Part shown: piece after piece, positions 36,152-46,357 of the stretch
How the letters are laid out: the number at the start of each line of letters is the position of its first letter
How positions within the stretch are numbered: position 1 is the stretch's first letter
Assembly (NCBI GenBank): GCA_028286615.1
Contig: JAQBRG010000003.1
Coordinates: forward strand, 13,125-77,124
Origin: Parcubacteria group bacterium
GTDB lineage: Bacteria > Patescibacteriota > Minisyncoccia > Phycocordibacterales > Phycocordibacteraceae
Reading direction: 5' to 3'
Length of the DNA stretch: 64,000 bases
Translations under genes and position numbers: made by a program
The notes under the pieces: model-generated
Databases searched by the model: none
What the model was told of the DNA's origin: nothing
What the model saw: the letters and a program-made list of their open reading frames with translations, nothing else

Positions 36152-37459
36152 TTATTCGGCAGTATTAACAAACCATCCAACAACACTGTTTTGGTCTTTA
36201 AAATAAGTCTTTGCGACCCGCTTCACATCTGCAGCTGTTACAGATTCAATGGCATCCGGAAGAGTTACGAACCGAGTCCAGTCTCCTGCTGCAAGATCTT
36301 CGTTAAGAGAAGCTAGTAATGCGTATGGGCCGTCTCTGCGACTTGCAACAAATGCACGCGCTGCTTGTTTTGCGCGCTTGAGTTCCGTGGTGGTTATGCC
36401 CTTGTCTGCAATAAGATCGTACTCTTTCTTAAGAAGTTGCTCAGCCTTTTCGTGAGAGGTTTTAGGAGCAAGCGTTATAAATGTTTCAAACAAGCTTGGA
36501 TCTTGGAACTGATTGCACATCACAGCGACTTCAGTTGCTAGAGCAGGTTCAACAAAACTCTTATAGAGTCTGCTGGTCTTGTCCTCATACAAAACAACCG
36601 CAAGAATAATAAGTGCAGGAATATCTGTGTGAGTTGCCTCTGGAATTTTATGAGCAAAACCAACCATGTTTACACCAGACCGCTCCACACGCACACGTCG
36701 CTGCCCTTCTTGCTTTGGTTCCTCGGTATACATCTTTGGATACCCGCCTTCTTTCCTAGAATGCTTTCCAAATTCTCGAGCAATATGCGCGAGCACCTCG
36801 TCTTCTTTAAAACTGCCGACAATTGTTACTGTTGCGTTGTCTGGCCAGTAAAAATCGTTATAGAATTGGTTTAAGCGTTCAATAGACACCCCTTCAATAT
36901 CGCTGCGCCAGCCAATTGTTGAATGATGGTACGGGTGTGCAATAAATGCTGCAGCCCACATCTCTTTATCCAAAGCTTCCATGGGAAGGTTCTCTCCACG
37001 CTCATACTCATTACGAACTATTGGCATTTCACTCTGTTTATCCTCTTCTGTTATGCGAGCCTTGCGCATACGGTCTGCTTCAATCTCAATAGCAAGAGGG
37101 AGAACGTCTCTAGGTATAACCTCGTAATAGTTTGTACGATCTAACCAAGTTGAAGCGTTTAGCAACGCTCCCTGTGACTCCATTAAATGCTCCATGTGCT
37201 TATGATTTTCTCTATTGAAATTCTCAGATCCCTTGAACATGAGATGCTCTAGTAGGTGTGTTGCTCCTGTATAGCCGGTTGCTTCGTTCTTTGAACCAAC
37301 ATGGTACGTAACCATGCAGCCTGCAACGGGCACTGAATCGTCTTTAACTAGAAGAATGCGTAGGCCGTTCTTCTCAAGAGCAAACTCCTTAATACCGCCC
37401 ATTTCCTGCACAAAAGAGACGCCTGGAGTGGAAGACTTCTTTGAAACCGTACGAGCCAT
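36152..37459 (-). CDS. M16 zinc peptidase, catalytic subunit
   Basis: GATHLLEHLMFKGS (HxxEH), NASTWLDRTNYYE, HPYHHSTIGW. Confidence 0.93.
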   Translation of the reverse strand: MARTVSKKSSTPGVSFVQEMGGIKEFALEKNGLRILLVKDDSVPVAGCMVTYHVGSKNEATGYTGATHLLEHLMFKGSENFNRENHKHMEHLMESQGALLNASTWLDRTNYYEVIPRDVLPLAIEIEADRMRKARITEEDKQSEMPIVRNEYERGENLPMEALDKEMWAAAFIAHPYHHSTIGWRSDIEGVSIERLNQFYNDFYWPDNATVTIVGSFKEDEVLAHIAREFGKHSRKEGGYPKMYTEEPKQEGQRRVRVERSGVNMVGFAHKIPEATHTDIPALIILAVVLYEDKTSRLYKSFVEPALATEVAVMCNQFQDPSLFETFITLAPKTSHEKAEQLLKKEYDLIADKGITTTELKRAKQAARAFVASRRDGPYALLASLNEDLAAGDWTRFVTLPDAIESVTAADVKRVAKTYFKDQNSVVGWFVNTAE

Positions 37460-37497
37460 ATGTATTGAAGATACCAGCGGTTGATTAAGTCAGCAAA

Positions 37498-38166
37498 CTA
37501 AAGCCAATCAATCGGTTTCTCGTTGTGCTTTTCAAGATACGCATTGGTCTTGCTAAATGGTTTGCTGCCAAAGAATCCGTTACTTGCTGAGAATGGGGAT
37601 GGGTGTGCAGACTCAAGAACCAGATGTCTGGTTCTATCTATGTGCGCACCTTTTTGCTTGGCGTAGTTGCCCCAGAGTATAAACACAAGGTGTTCACGTT
37701 CGTCTGAAAGCTCTTTGATAACAGCATCGGTAAACTGTTCCCAACCGTGCCCTTGGTGCGAGTTTGCTGAGCCTGCACGTACTGTAAGAGTGGAATTAAG
37801 CAGAAGCACTCCTTGCTCAGCCCAACGAGTTAAATCCCCACTTTCGCTATTTGGCTTCTGCCCTATATCGCTTTCAATTTCTTTAAAAATGTTTTGGAGG
37901 GAGGGGGGATTTCGTACTCCATCAATAACAGAGAACGACAGTCCGTGTGCCTGGTGCGGATTAAAGTACGGGTCTTGTCCAAGAATAACAACCTTAACTT
38001 TGTTAAACGGACACAATTCAAAGGCTCTAAAGATATTCTTAGGGCTTGGGTATACTACGCCGTTCTTGTACTCCTTCTTAACGAAGTTCGTTAGATCTTG
38101 GAAATAACTTCTCTCGAATTCTCCTTTCAGATGCTTCTTCCACGAATCTTCTATCTTCACATCCAT
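37498..38166 (-). CDS. ung: Uracil-DNA glycosylase
   Basis: VVILGQDPY, GVLLLN, SAHPSPFS. Confidence 0.96.
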   Translation of the reverse strand: MDVKIEDSWKKHLKGEFERSYFQDLTNFVKKEYKNGVVYPSPKNIFRAFELCPFNKVKVVILGQDPYFNPHQAHGLSFSVIDGVRNPPSLQNIFKEIESDIGQKPNSESGDLTRWAEQGVLLLNSTLTVRAGSANSHQGHGWEQFTDAVIKELSDEREHLVFILWGNYAKQKGAHIDRTRHLVLESAHPSPFSASNGFFGSKPFSKTNAYLEKHNEKPIDWL

Positions 38167-38169
38167 AGG

Positions 38170-38955
38170 CTATTTCTTAGCAGCTTTGTGAAGGGCTTGT
38201 AGCTTTTTGCCTGCAGCTTCGCGGTACGGGCAGAACTCGCAGCCTTTGCCTATTTCGGGAATGGCGTCTGAATCAAGAGCCGTTTTAATCTTTGGAAGAA
38301 TGTCATCTATCCAGTCAGTATTTCCTTCGCATTCAACGACTGTTACTTCAAAGTCGAGCTTCCCATCAAATGCTTCGTTCTCAGTACTTGCGTTAGCGTA
38401 TACAAAGTATCCCTTAGGAGAAACCGTAAACCCATTATTACGAAGCAACCATTGGTACACGCCCATCTGGCGCTTGTACTGCTCGTTCCAAGAGGAGTCG
38501 TCGAGCGTCTTTATGGTTCCGGGCTTTGAAGTTGATTTGTAATCTACAACCATAAGCTCGCCAGCGGGATTAACCCAAATGTCGTCAACGGCTCCTGAGA
38601 TAGTGAAGCCAGTTGGCTCGTGCTTGTACTCAACTCCCTCAAAGTTTTCCCGCCACGTATCCATCTTCTTATGCTGAAACGGCACCGCATCAATTCCATA
38701 TGCATCCATAAGCGGGTGCGCTGAACCAGCTGCACGATGTACATCAAATTCTTTCTTGAAGAGCGCATCAACGGCAATGTTGAGTGTAAAGGCAGGACCT
38801 CGAGGACGTGCGGTACCAAGCTTGTTATCTAAATAGAAACAACGAGGACATTCGTTGTAGAGCTCTATTTTTGAACGTGATAGACGCCACTTGGGTCCTC
38901 CGTAGTTCCAGTCTGGGCTGCGGTTAGGATTGTACTGCTTCTTAAAGTCGCTCAT
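38170..38955 (-). CDS. PD-(D/E)XK nuclease family protein (RecB/Cas4-like)
   Basis: LSRSKIELYNECPRCFY, GAVDDIW, VVDYKST, QMGVYQW, CEFCPY. Confidence 0.85.
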   Translation of the reverse strand: MSDFKKQYNPNRSPDWNYGGPKWRLSRSKIELYNECPRCFYLDNKLGTARPRGPAFTLNIAVDALFKKEFDVHRAAGSAHPLMDAYGIDAVPFQHKKMDTWRENFEGVEYKHEPTGFTISGAVDDIWVNPAGELMVVDYKSTSKPGTIKTLDDSSWNEQYKRQMGVYQWLLRNNGFTVSPKGYFVYANASTENEAFDGKLDFEVTVVECEGNTDWIDDILPKIKTALDSDAIPEIGKGCEFCPYREAAGKKLQALHKAAKK

Positions 38956-38971
38956 GCCCTTAGTATCTCGC

Positions 38972-39811
38972 TTATGCTGCTTTCTCGCAAAGCGTGGTTG
39001 CCTCAGCCAAAATACCGCCAACGCGCTCAGGAGTTATGCCAAGAGCCCTAAGAGCTTCTCGGTGCTCACGAATTTGTTGGCAGGTTACAAGTCCCTGATC
39101 TATGAGAAGACGCTTCTCAGATTTCTTGAGAAGCGTGAGAGCAGTTACTGGGTACAGACCACTTGCTACGATACGGTCATACAGACTGCCGTGATGTGGG
39201 TAGCTCCATCCAAGAAGATTAATGCCGGAGCAGGTAGCAAAATCTATCGCGTCACGAGTGAACTTGGTGTTTGTAATAAGAAAGCCGTGGTCAACACGTT
39301 TTGTTTCGACAGTCTCATTTGGCTTACACGCCCAAATATCATCAAGGCGAGCCTTCACGTACAAGGCAACCTTCACATCGGTCTTATAGCCTGGGTCATT
39401 ATGGTACTTGAGTTCCCCTGCTAGATACTCCCCGTTACGAGTCGCATATATATCAACCTCATGCGTTACGCATTTGCCTTGGATAATCTGCCGGTCTTTC
39501 ACGTCCCAACCTTCTGAACGAAAGAGCTCTGCAACAAAGTCTTCAAAAGGATGACCTGAGGGACCGAATTCAAAGAGCGCGCGACGAAGACTGTAGCGAG
39601 CTGCTGAAGGGCGGCTGTCACGTCGTAGCATTTGAAACGCACGCTTGTAGATATCGGTAGATTGCGCAGAATTTCCTAGAGAGGCTTCAATGGTTATGCG
39701 AATTCTGTTTGCGCTTCGTTCACTTGCGCCTGCTCGCACTAAGGAGTGTTCAAGCTTCGCTCCGTCAAAGATTTCAACCGACCCGTCTGTCTTAATAATC
39801 TCCTGATTCAT
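38972..39811 (-). CDS. ATP-cone plus restriction endonuclease-like (Mrr_cat) protein
   Basis: IIKTDGSVEIFDGAKLEHSL ATP cone; GHPFEDFV, HEVDIYA, GELKYH, ITNTKFT. Confidence 0.82.
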   Translation of the reverse strand: MNQEIIKTDGSVEIFDGAKLEHSLVRAGASERSANRIRITIEASLGNSAQSTDIYKRAFQMLRRDSRPSAARYSLRRALFEFGPSGHPFEDFVAELFRSEGWDVKDRQIIQGKCVTHEVDIYATRNGEYLAGELKYHNDPGYKTDVKVALYVKARLDDIWACKPNETVETKRVDHGFLITNTKFTRDAIDFATCSGINLLGWSYPHHGSLYDRIVASGLYPVTALTLLKKSEKRLLIDQGLVTCQQIREHREALRALGITPERVGGILAEATTLCEKAA

Positions 39812-40843
39812 TTAGGAGATAATACCACCCCCGACACACACCTCTCCTTGGTACAGCACAAGAGACTGTCCAGAAGCAACCGATTCTTCAATTGCATTAG
39901 TTGGAATAAATTCCTTTAGGTCTTGAGAAAGGGTACCTGGAACACGGGGGCCGTGATACCGATACTGCGCTTCAAGCGTATCTGTGGAGTCTGAGAGCCA
40001 GTTTGTATCTCTAAGCTGTATAGAGGTTAGTGCATTTCCCTTCTTCTGTTCATGCGAGACCGTTAATACATTGTTCTTCAGATCTTTCTTTGTTACATAC
40101 CAAGGCCCTGCACCTGCTTTCTCAAGCGCTACGCGTTCGCCGAGGGTGTGCAGTACGGCTCCGGTATGCATACCAACTTCTTTCCCGTCTTCTGTAACAG
40201 CTTTTCCAGATTCGCTTCCCAGTTCTTCTTTTAGAAAGTCTTCAACCGATATCGACCCAAGGAAACAAATACCCTGGCTGTCCTTCTTCTCGGCAACTGG
40301 AAGATTGAACTTCTGCGCAAGCACTCGTGTCTCGCTTTTGGGAAGTCCTCCAACAGGGAAAAGTGTCCGAGCAATAACTTCTTTTGGTACAGCCCATAAA
40401 AAATAGCTCTGGTCTTTAGACTCATCAATTCCTCGCAGTAGCTTTCCTTCCCTCTGTTGTGCGTAATGTCCTGTTGCCAAGAAATCTGCATTATTCTTTT
40501 GTGCAAAGCGCCAGAACGCACCGAACTTAACTTCCCTGTTACACATAACGTCGGGATTGGGCGTTCGTCCTGCGGCATATTCTGATAGGAGATAATCTAT
40601 AACACCTTGCTTGTACTCAAGAGATGCATCAAGCGTATAAAAAGGTATCTGTAAGCGTGCTGCAACACGCATGGCGTCTCGTCTATCCGTTGCCCAGGTA
40701 CAGGGCATGCCAGGCGGATACCAGCCCTTTATAAAGACTCCGGTAACATTGGCTCCTGCTTGTTTAAGGAGTGCTGCTGAGACAGCAGAGTCCACACCTC
40801 CTGAAAGGCCAACAAATACTCGCTTTCCACGAATCGCATTCAT
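39812..40843 (-). CDS. mnmA: tRNA 2-thiouridine synthase MnmA
   Basis: GLSGGVDSAV, TPNPDVMCNREVKF, ATGHYA, KDQSYFL, DSQGICF. Confidence 0.96.
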   Translation of the reverse strand: MNAIRGKRVFVGLSGGVDSAVSAALLKQAGANVTGVFIKGWYPPGMPCTWATDRRDAMRVAARLQIPFYTLDASLEYKQGVIDYLLSEYAAGRTPNPDVMCNREVKFGAFWRFAQKNNADFLATGHYAQQREGKLLRGIDESKDQSYFLWAVPKEVIARTLFPVGGLPKSETRVLAQKFNLPVAEKKDSQGICFLGSISVEDFLKEELGSESGKAVTEDGKEVGMHTGAVLHTLGERVALEKAGAGPWYVTKKDLKNNVLTVSHEQKKGNALTSIQLRDTNWLSDSTDTLEAQYRYHGPRVPGTLSQDLKEFIPTNAIEESVASGQSLVLYQGEVCVGGGIIS

Positions 40844-40861
40844 ACCCACTCGGTATACCAC

Positions 40862-42253
40862 TTAGGTTGGAAGGTTGGTAGGTGCTTCCTTGGTTGCGGA
40901 CGGAATACGAGCAAGCGAAGGAGCCGCAACGCCAGCGCTTGGAATGTGGAAGAGTGTCGCAAGCTCTTCAGCATTTAGCATGAAATATGGAAGTACATAG
41001 GGCACGTGGAAGTGCGAGCGGCGTCGGAACGCATCAACTAATTGGTGCTGCAGGTGAGCACGGTGATGTCCCTTTTTATCCTCCCACGGATAATCTCCGA
41101 AAATGGAGTCCCAACGAGCAGTCTTAAAGCCATTGAAGCCCTCCATATTTCTCCATAGACCAATGAGCTGGCTAACCATAGTTCCCTGGAAAGAGCCCTC
41201 GGGAGCCGTGTAGATAGATCGGATAGCCACATCAAATATGGGCCTGTATACCTTGTTTTCAATAGCCGCAATACCTTCAATCTGCCCTTTAGTTGGATTA
41301 GGAAATCCCTCCGTCTCTATAACCTTGCCGGTTAGGGGGTCCGTATACGTGCTTTTCTTAACTGCGCCTTGTCGAATGCTATCAATTATTTCTCCCGCCT
41401 CGCTTTCAATAGTGTACTTCTTTCCGTCAGATGTCTTTCGTCCCGCATATTTCTCGTTTTTGCTCAATCTGAAAAGTATCTGCACCCAGAACTGTTCTTT
41501 AGGTCCGATGCCTCCGAGTGTTTCGATGATTTGTGAGAGAGAGTCAATTTGTTCTTCCGGCTTAGACAGCGGAGCGTCAGGCTTCATGAAAGAAGGGTAC
41601 GTTTTAATCGGCTTGGCATCCTCGCTTCTTAGTATGTGTTCGCAGCCCCACATCTGCATAGGAGCGTGTGTTGGGTCTGTCATGAGTGTGTAATCTATAG
41701 CCTCTATAACTTCGAGTTCCGGGTACTGCGCGTAGAGCGCGCTCTCAACAGCACGACGGTATCCTTCACGAGTCCATATATAGAAGTGCACTCTCCCTCC
41801 AAGAGAAACAATTTCCAAAGACCACCACGGTCTCACCTGTCCCTGTACCAATCTCTTGTACCAAGTTGATTCTCCGGGGCCTATATGGAGATTAGTAAAG
41901 AAGGTCTCCATGGCTAGTGGCGACTTGCGTACATCTCGCGGTATACGTAGTTCAAGCAATACATTCTTCTGCTTCGCTATATAGCCCAACCGGTTAGTAT
42001 CAACCCATCGTTCCCACGCGAAGGTTACAAGGATAAGAGGCATCCATATAGGGGCCAGGAAGAAGGCTAGCTCAAAGTTCCTAATTGATTGGGCAGGAGA
42101 GATGAAAAAGAAGATCAGAATAAGTATCGGAAAGGCTATAAGAAATGGTTTGGCTGAGAAAGCTACACCCTGTTCATGGGCACCATGGAAAAAGCCATCG
42201 ATCTTATCGAAGAATGGAAGTGGTGAGCTGGGGCCGTGGCCTCCTCCTGACAT
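40862..42253 (-). CDS. Conserved CPR-type membrane protein of unknown function
   Basis: 2 TM, LLELRIPRDV.KSPLAME, WSLEIVS, YAQYP, EELATLFHIP, EAPTNLP. Confidence 0.7.
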   Translation of the reverse strand: MSGGGHGPSSPLPFFDKIDGFFHGAHEQGVAFSAKPFLIAFPILILIFFFISPAQSIRNFELAFFLAPIWMPLILVTFAWERWVDTNRLGYIAKQKNVLLELRIPRDVRKSPLAMETFFTNLHIGPGESTWYKRLVQGQVRPWWSLEIVSLGGRVHFYIWTREGYRRAVESALYAQYPELEVIEAIDYTLMTDPTHAPMQMWGCEHILRSEDAKPIKTYPSFMKPDAPLSKPEEQIDSLSQIIETLGGIGPKEQFWVQILFRLSKNEKYAGRKTSDGKKYTIESEAGEIIDSIRQGAVKKSTYTDPLTGKVIETEGFPNPTKGQIEGIAAIENKVYRPIFDVAIRSIYTAPEGSFQGTMVSQLIGLWRNMEGFNGFKTARWDSIFGDYPWEDKKGHHRAHLQHQLVDAFRRRSHFHVPYVLPYFMLNAEELATLFHIPSAGVAAPSLARIPSATKEAPTNLPT

Positions 42254-42273
42254 ACTCAAAGTATAGCAATAGA

Positions 42274-42308
42274 AAAGAAGAAGACCCGCGTGTAGCGGGT
42301 CTTCTTCT
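42274..42308 (-). terminator. Intrinsic terminator
   Basis: AGAAGAAGACCCGC-gtgta-GCGGGTCTTCTTCT inverted repeat. Confidence 0.8.
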
Positions 42309-42320
42309 GTGTACTTCGTA

Positions 42321-43427
42321 TTAAACGGGGGTGTAGGTTCCGTCCTTCATTCGCTTAAAGTAGCGAGGGTCGTTAAGGTTCACGAGAATGGTGTTGTCCT
42401 TCACGTAGCGAACCTTCTTAACCTGCTCAATAACATCTTCGCGGGTAAGAGGCTTAGCCTTAAGTACGTTCTTGATAACGTCACGAACAACGCCAGGCTG
42501 GTATCCCCATTCCGCAAGAGCGTAGAGACCGCGTCCAACGAGTACGAAACGAGAGTCCTTGATGAGCTCGTTATGCGTAGTTGCAACGTGTGCCTTCTTT
42601 GAGAACATGGTGCCGATAGCCTTAGCCACGTCAACGAAGTGCATAGGCTCTCCCTTCTGCTTAATAACGAGGTATGCGTAGTCACGGATACCCTTGGTAC
42701 GGATAGCAGGAGAATGTGCACGTCCCCACTCAGAAAGAGGGTTGCTTGAGATGGTCTTTGAAATTGAAAGCCAACGCTTAAGAATCTCTTCGTTCTGATA
42801 TGCAGAGTTAACGGTCTTAAGCTCGTCGAGGAAACGGTTGATTATGTCTCCCTCTGAAAGCACCTCAGCGTCATCAAGAGAGTGGTAGAGACGTGTAAGG
42901 GCGGTATGCACTGCTTCAGCAGTCTTGTGATCCACGTGCCAACGAGCATAGAAGTCGTCAGTCTCGCGCTCACGGAAGAATGCGCTTCCAACAACGAGAA
43001 GGAAACGGAAACGGTTGCGAGCCTTCTCATCAACAGCAAGTCCGGCTAGAAGCGTGTCTTCTGGAATAACTGCACCGAGAGATTCAACATAGGTACGAAG
43101 TTCGTCAAAAGCTCCCTGTGACTCTTTGAATGCCTTTCCGTTACGGACAGCATCAATGCCAGCAGCCTCGATCTGGCGAACACGCTCACGCGTGATGCTC
43201 CAACGCTCGCCGATAGCCTCAAGAGTTTCGCGAGTAGCGCTAGTGCCTAGGCCGAAGCGGAAGACAAGAACCTCGCGAGCACGCTCAGGTACGTCAGAAA
43301 GAAGCTTCTTAACGAGAGCAGTGTTATCGAAAGAAAGCTTCACTGAAACCACCTTCTTTGTAGGCATTTTCTTTGAACGTGTAGGTGCTGCTTTCTTGGC
43401 AGCTTTGGCGGTCTTTTTCTGTACCAT
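42321..43427 (-). CDS. Sigma70 region-4 HTH plus HARE-HTH (RNAP delta-like) domain protein
   Basis: RFGLG...TLEAIGERWSITRERVRQIE; C-terminal HNELIKDSRFVLVGRGLYALAEWG; no sigma region 2. Confidence 0.8.
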   Translation of the reverse strand: MVQKKTAKAAKKAAPTRSKKMPTKKVVSVKLSFDNTALVKKLLSDVPERAREVLVFRFGLGTSATRETLEAIGERWSITRERVRQIEAAGIDAVRNGKAFKESQGAFDELRTYVESLGAVIPEDTLLAGLAVDEKARNRFRFLLVVGSAFFRERETDDFYARWHVDHKTAEAVHTALTRLYHSLDDAEVLSEGDIINRFLDELKTVNSAYQNEEILKRWLSISKTISSNPLSEWGRAHSPAIRTKGIRDYAYLVIKQKGEPMHFVDVAKAIGTMFSKKAHVATTHNELIKDSRFVLVGRGLYALAEWGYQPGVVRDVIKNVLKAKPLTREDVIEQVKKVRYVKDNTILVNLNDPRYFKRMKDGTYTPV

Positions 43428-43487
43428 AAATGTTGTTAAATAAGTGTGGTATTGTTATACCAAATCCTGGTAAATGAGTCAAATGTT

Positions 43488-46343
43488 CTAATTTAAGCCC
43501 GTAACTACAAGGTTTAATGTACGGCCTGGTACGTATATAACCCTCGAAAGAGTCCCTTCATGAAGCATTTTCTCAACCGAAGGGAGTACGCTCGCGGACG
43601 CCAAAGCATCTTCTTCGCTAGCTTCTCGAGCAACTACAATCTCCCCTTTTCGTTTCCCATTTACTTGTACTGATACTGTCACCTCACTCTCTTCTATAAC
43701 CAGAGATTCTGGCCACATCTGAGCATGCACGCTACCCTCTCCCCCCACCTTTTCATATAGGTGCTCAGCAAGGTGCGGCGCGAACGGAGCGAGCATACGC
43801 AAGAGGTCAAGATACGCAGCACGAGGCACTGGCTTCACTGCTTCCATTTCTCGAACCAAGACCATGAGTGCAGATACGGCTGTATTAAGTTTGAACCGTT
43901 CCGTATCAGCTCCGGCTTTTTGTCCGGCTTGTGCAACATGCTTGGCAAGTTCTGGAGACACATCTACATCTTCAACTTTCTCAGAAAGTATATTTACACG
44001 ATCGAGGAAGCGGCGCATACCCTCAACTCCATCCAGATTCCATGGATAGCTGCCTGCTTCGTTATACGGACCGATAAAAGCGAGATACATGCGTACAGCA
44101 TCAGCTCCGTATTTAGTAACAAACTCGTCTGGATTAACTGTATTGCCTTTGGACTTCGACATTTTCTGTCCGTCTGGACCAAGAATTATGCCGCGATTAA
44201 AACGTTCAGCAAAAGGTTCTGGAGTTGGAACGAGCGCAAGATCGTAGAGTGCCTTATGGAAGAAGCGAGAGTATAGAAGGTGCATGGTTGTGTGTTCGCT
44301 TCCTCCTGAGTACCGGTTAATAGGTAGCCACTTCTTAAGCATGGACTGGTCTGAGAAGTCGTGACTATCTTCAGGATCTAGGTAGCGCAAGAAGTACCAA
44401 GAAGAATCAACGAAGGTATCGAGTGTGTCGTATTCAGGAGTCCATCCCTCTCCGAAGATGCGTGTTACGCGATCTTTAAGCTCCTGCGAAGAAGTAAGAG
44501 GCGAGCTCCCGTTAGGTTTGAAACCTACATCCGTAGGCAAGAGCCATGGAAGATGTTCTTGGGGAATAGCATGAGGAGTGCCTTCTGGATCGTACACGAT
44601 TGGCATCGGGCAGCCCCAATACCGCTGGCGAGAAACGAGCCAGTCTCTGATACGGAAGTTAGTTACCCTCTCTCCGTTAACTGCTTCGACAATATCCCAC
44701 ATGGCTTCTTCGTTATTTCTCCCTGAGAAATCTCCAGAGTTAACAAGGGTGCCATTGCCGGTATACGCGGCTTCTTTGCCTGACAGACGCTCAATAATGG
44801 TGTCCATCTCGGCATGTGAGAATCTCTCGCGGGTAAGATCTTCTTTCTTAACCCATAGAGTTGTGTGCTGTGCTGCCTCCTCTGTAGCAACTTCCTTTCT
44901 TGCGTCACTCTTTAATTCAAAAAGAATGGTTGCTGCTTCAGTTATGCGGTTTACATCTTTATGCGACGCAAAGAAAAGAGCCTCGGTTGGTCCTCCAAGC
45001 GTGCGTACGTAGGTGAGATCTGAATACCCTGTTTCTTCAAGAATTTCCCTTCGTGCTGCTTCAACTAGATCCTCTCCGTCTTCAACTCCGCCGGTTATAA
45101 AAGTTGTCCAGCCCTGCTTTGGCCACTCAAGAGCGAGGTATTCATCTGTAGCAGAGTTGTGCACAATACCGATTATTATCTTTCGCTTTACCAATTCTTT
45201 CCCTTCAATGTGCGGATTATTCTCATCTGTAAAACTTGGTATGACCACATGCTGTATCGTGAGTCCGTACTTTCGAGCAAAGGCGAAGTCCCTCTCGTCA
45301 TGCGCTGGTACTGCCATAACAGACCCTGTTCCATACGAAGCGAGTACATAATCTGCAGCGAATACTGGAATGAGTTCTTGGTTGGCTGGATTAACTGCCA
45401 TAACACCTTCAAGCTTCACACCGGTCTTCTCTTTGTTCTCAAGTCGCTCTCGCTCAGTCTTCTTGCTGGTGTTGTCTACGTATTCAGAAACTTTCTTTGT
45501 GTTTGTAACAGGAAGCTTAGCAACGAGAGGGTGTTCAGGAGCAAGCACTACATATGTAGCACCATATATAGTGTCAGGTCGGGTTGTAAATACTTCTATC
45601 GTTTCTTCAAGTTGAGTGCCGTCAGCTGTTTGAAGTGCAAAGGTAAGCTTCGCTCCTTCGGACTCTCCAATCCAGGCTCTTTGCGCTTCCTTTATATCTT
45701 CACGCCAAGGAAGCGGTTCAAGGTCTTCAAGAAGGCGTTTCGCATACTGTGTTATCTTCAAAAACCATTGTGTAAGAAGCTTCTCTTCGACTTCTGTGCC
45801 GCAGCGCTCACACCTCCCATCGTTCACCTGCTCGTTCGCTAGTACGGTTTGATCTTTCGGACACCATTTAACCGCAGCTTCTCGGTGTTCTGCGAGTCCT
45901 TGCTCAAAGAGTTTCGTGAACAGCCATTGCGTCCACTGGTAATACGAAGGCTCGCAGGTAACAACCTCTTTGCTCCAATCAAACGAGGCACCTATGCTTT
46001 TCAACTGGGTACGCATCTGTTCCATGTTCTTGTACGTCCATTCCCTTGGACTAAGACCGTGCTTAATTGCCGCGTTCTCCGCAGGAAGACCGAACGCATC
46101 GAATCCAATCGGAAAGAGTACGTTCTTCCCCTTCATGCGCATGTAACGCGCAAAGATATCGGTTATGCCGAACGCGTACCAGTGTCCGATATGTAGATCT
46201 CCAGAAGGATACGGGAACTCAATAAGGAGATAGTACGGATCCTTTTCAGTGTCTGACAGGTCAGTAGTGTAAAGATCGAGCTCTGCCCACTTCTGCTGGG
46301 CAGCCTGCTCAATTGCTTTATGTTCGTACCGCTCTTTAGCCAT
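43488..46343 (-). CDS. leuS: Leucine--tRNA ligase with an inserted Nudix domain
   Basis: FPYPSGDLHIGH, FTTRPDT, DWLVSRQRYWG, KMSKSKGN; Nudix box GGVEDGEDLVEAARREILEETGY. Confidence 0.97.
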   Translation of the reverse strand: MAKERYEHKAIEQAAQQKWAELDLYTTDLSDTEKDPYYLLIEFPYPSGDLHIGHWYAFGITDIFARYMRMKGKNVLFPIGFDAFGLPAENAAIKHGLSPREWTYKNMEQMRTQLKSIGASFDWSKEVVTCEPSYYQWTQWLFTKLFEQGLAEHREAAVKWCPKDQTVLANEQVNDGRCERCGTEVEEKLLTQWFLKITQYAKRLLEDLEPLPWREDIKEAQRAWIGESEGAKLTFALQTADGTQLEETIEVFTTRPDTIYGATYVVLAPEHPLVAKLPVTNTKKVSEYVDNTSKKTERERLENKEKTGVKLEGVMAVNPANQELIPVFAADYVLASYGTGSVMAVPAHDERDFAFARKYGLTIQHVVIPSFTDENNPHIEGKELVKRKIIIGIVHNSATDEYLALEWPKQGWTTFITGGVEDGEDLVEAARREILEETGYSDLTYVRTLGGPTEALFFASHKDVNRITEAATILFELKSDARKEVATEEAAQHTTLWVKKEDLTRERFSHAEMDTIIERLSGKEAAYTGNGTLVNSGDFSGRNNEEAMWDIVEAVNGERVTNFRIRDWLVSRQRYWGCPMPIVYDPEGTPHAIPQEHLPWLLPTDVGFKPNGSSPLTSSQELKDRVTRIFGEGWTPEYDTLDTFVDSSWYFLRYLDPEDSHDFSDQSMLKKWLPINRYSGGSEHTTMHLLYSRFFHKALYDLALVPTPEPFAERFNRGIILGPDGQKMSKSKGNTVNPDEFVTKYGADAVRMYLAFIGPYNEAGSYPWNLDGVEGMRRFLDRVNILSEKVEDVDVSPELAKHVAQAGQKAGADTERFKLNTAVSALMVLVREMEAVKPVPRAAYLDLLRMLAPFAPHLAEHLYEKVGGEGSVHAQMWPESLVIEESEVTVSVQVNGKRKGEIVVAREASEEDALASASVLPSVEKMLHEGTLSRVIYVPGRTLNLVVTGLN

Positions 46344-46357
46344 ACAGGTATGTACGA

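Noticed and set aside
38170-38955. cas4 / CRISPR locus
   Set aside because: No other cas genes, and no repeat-spacer array was seen anywhere in the window.
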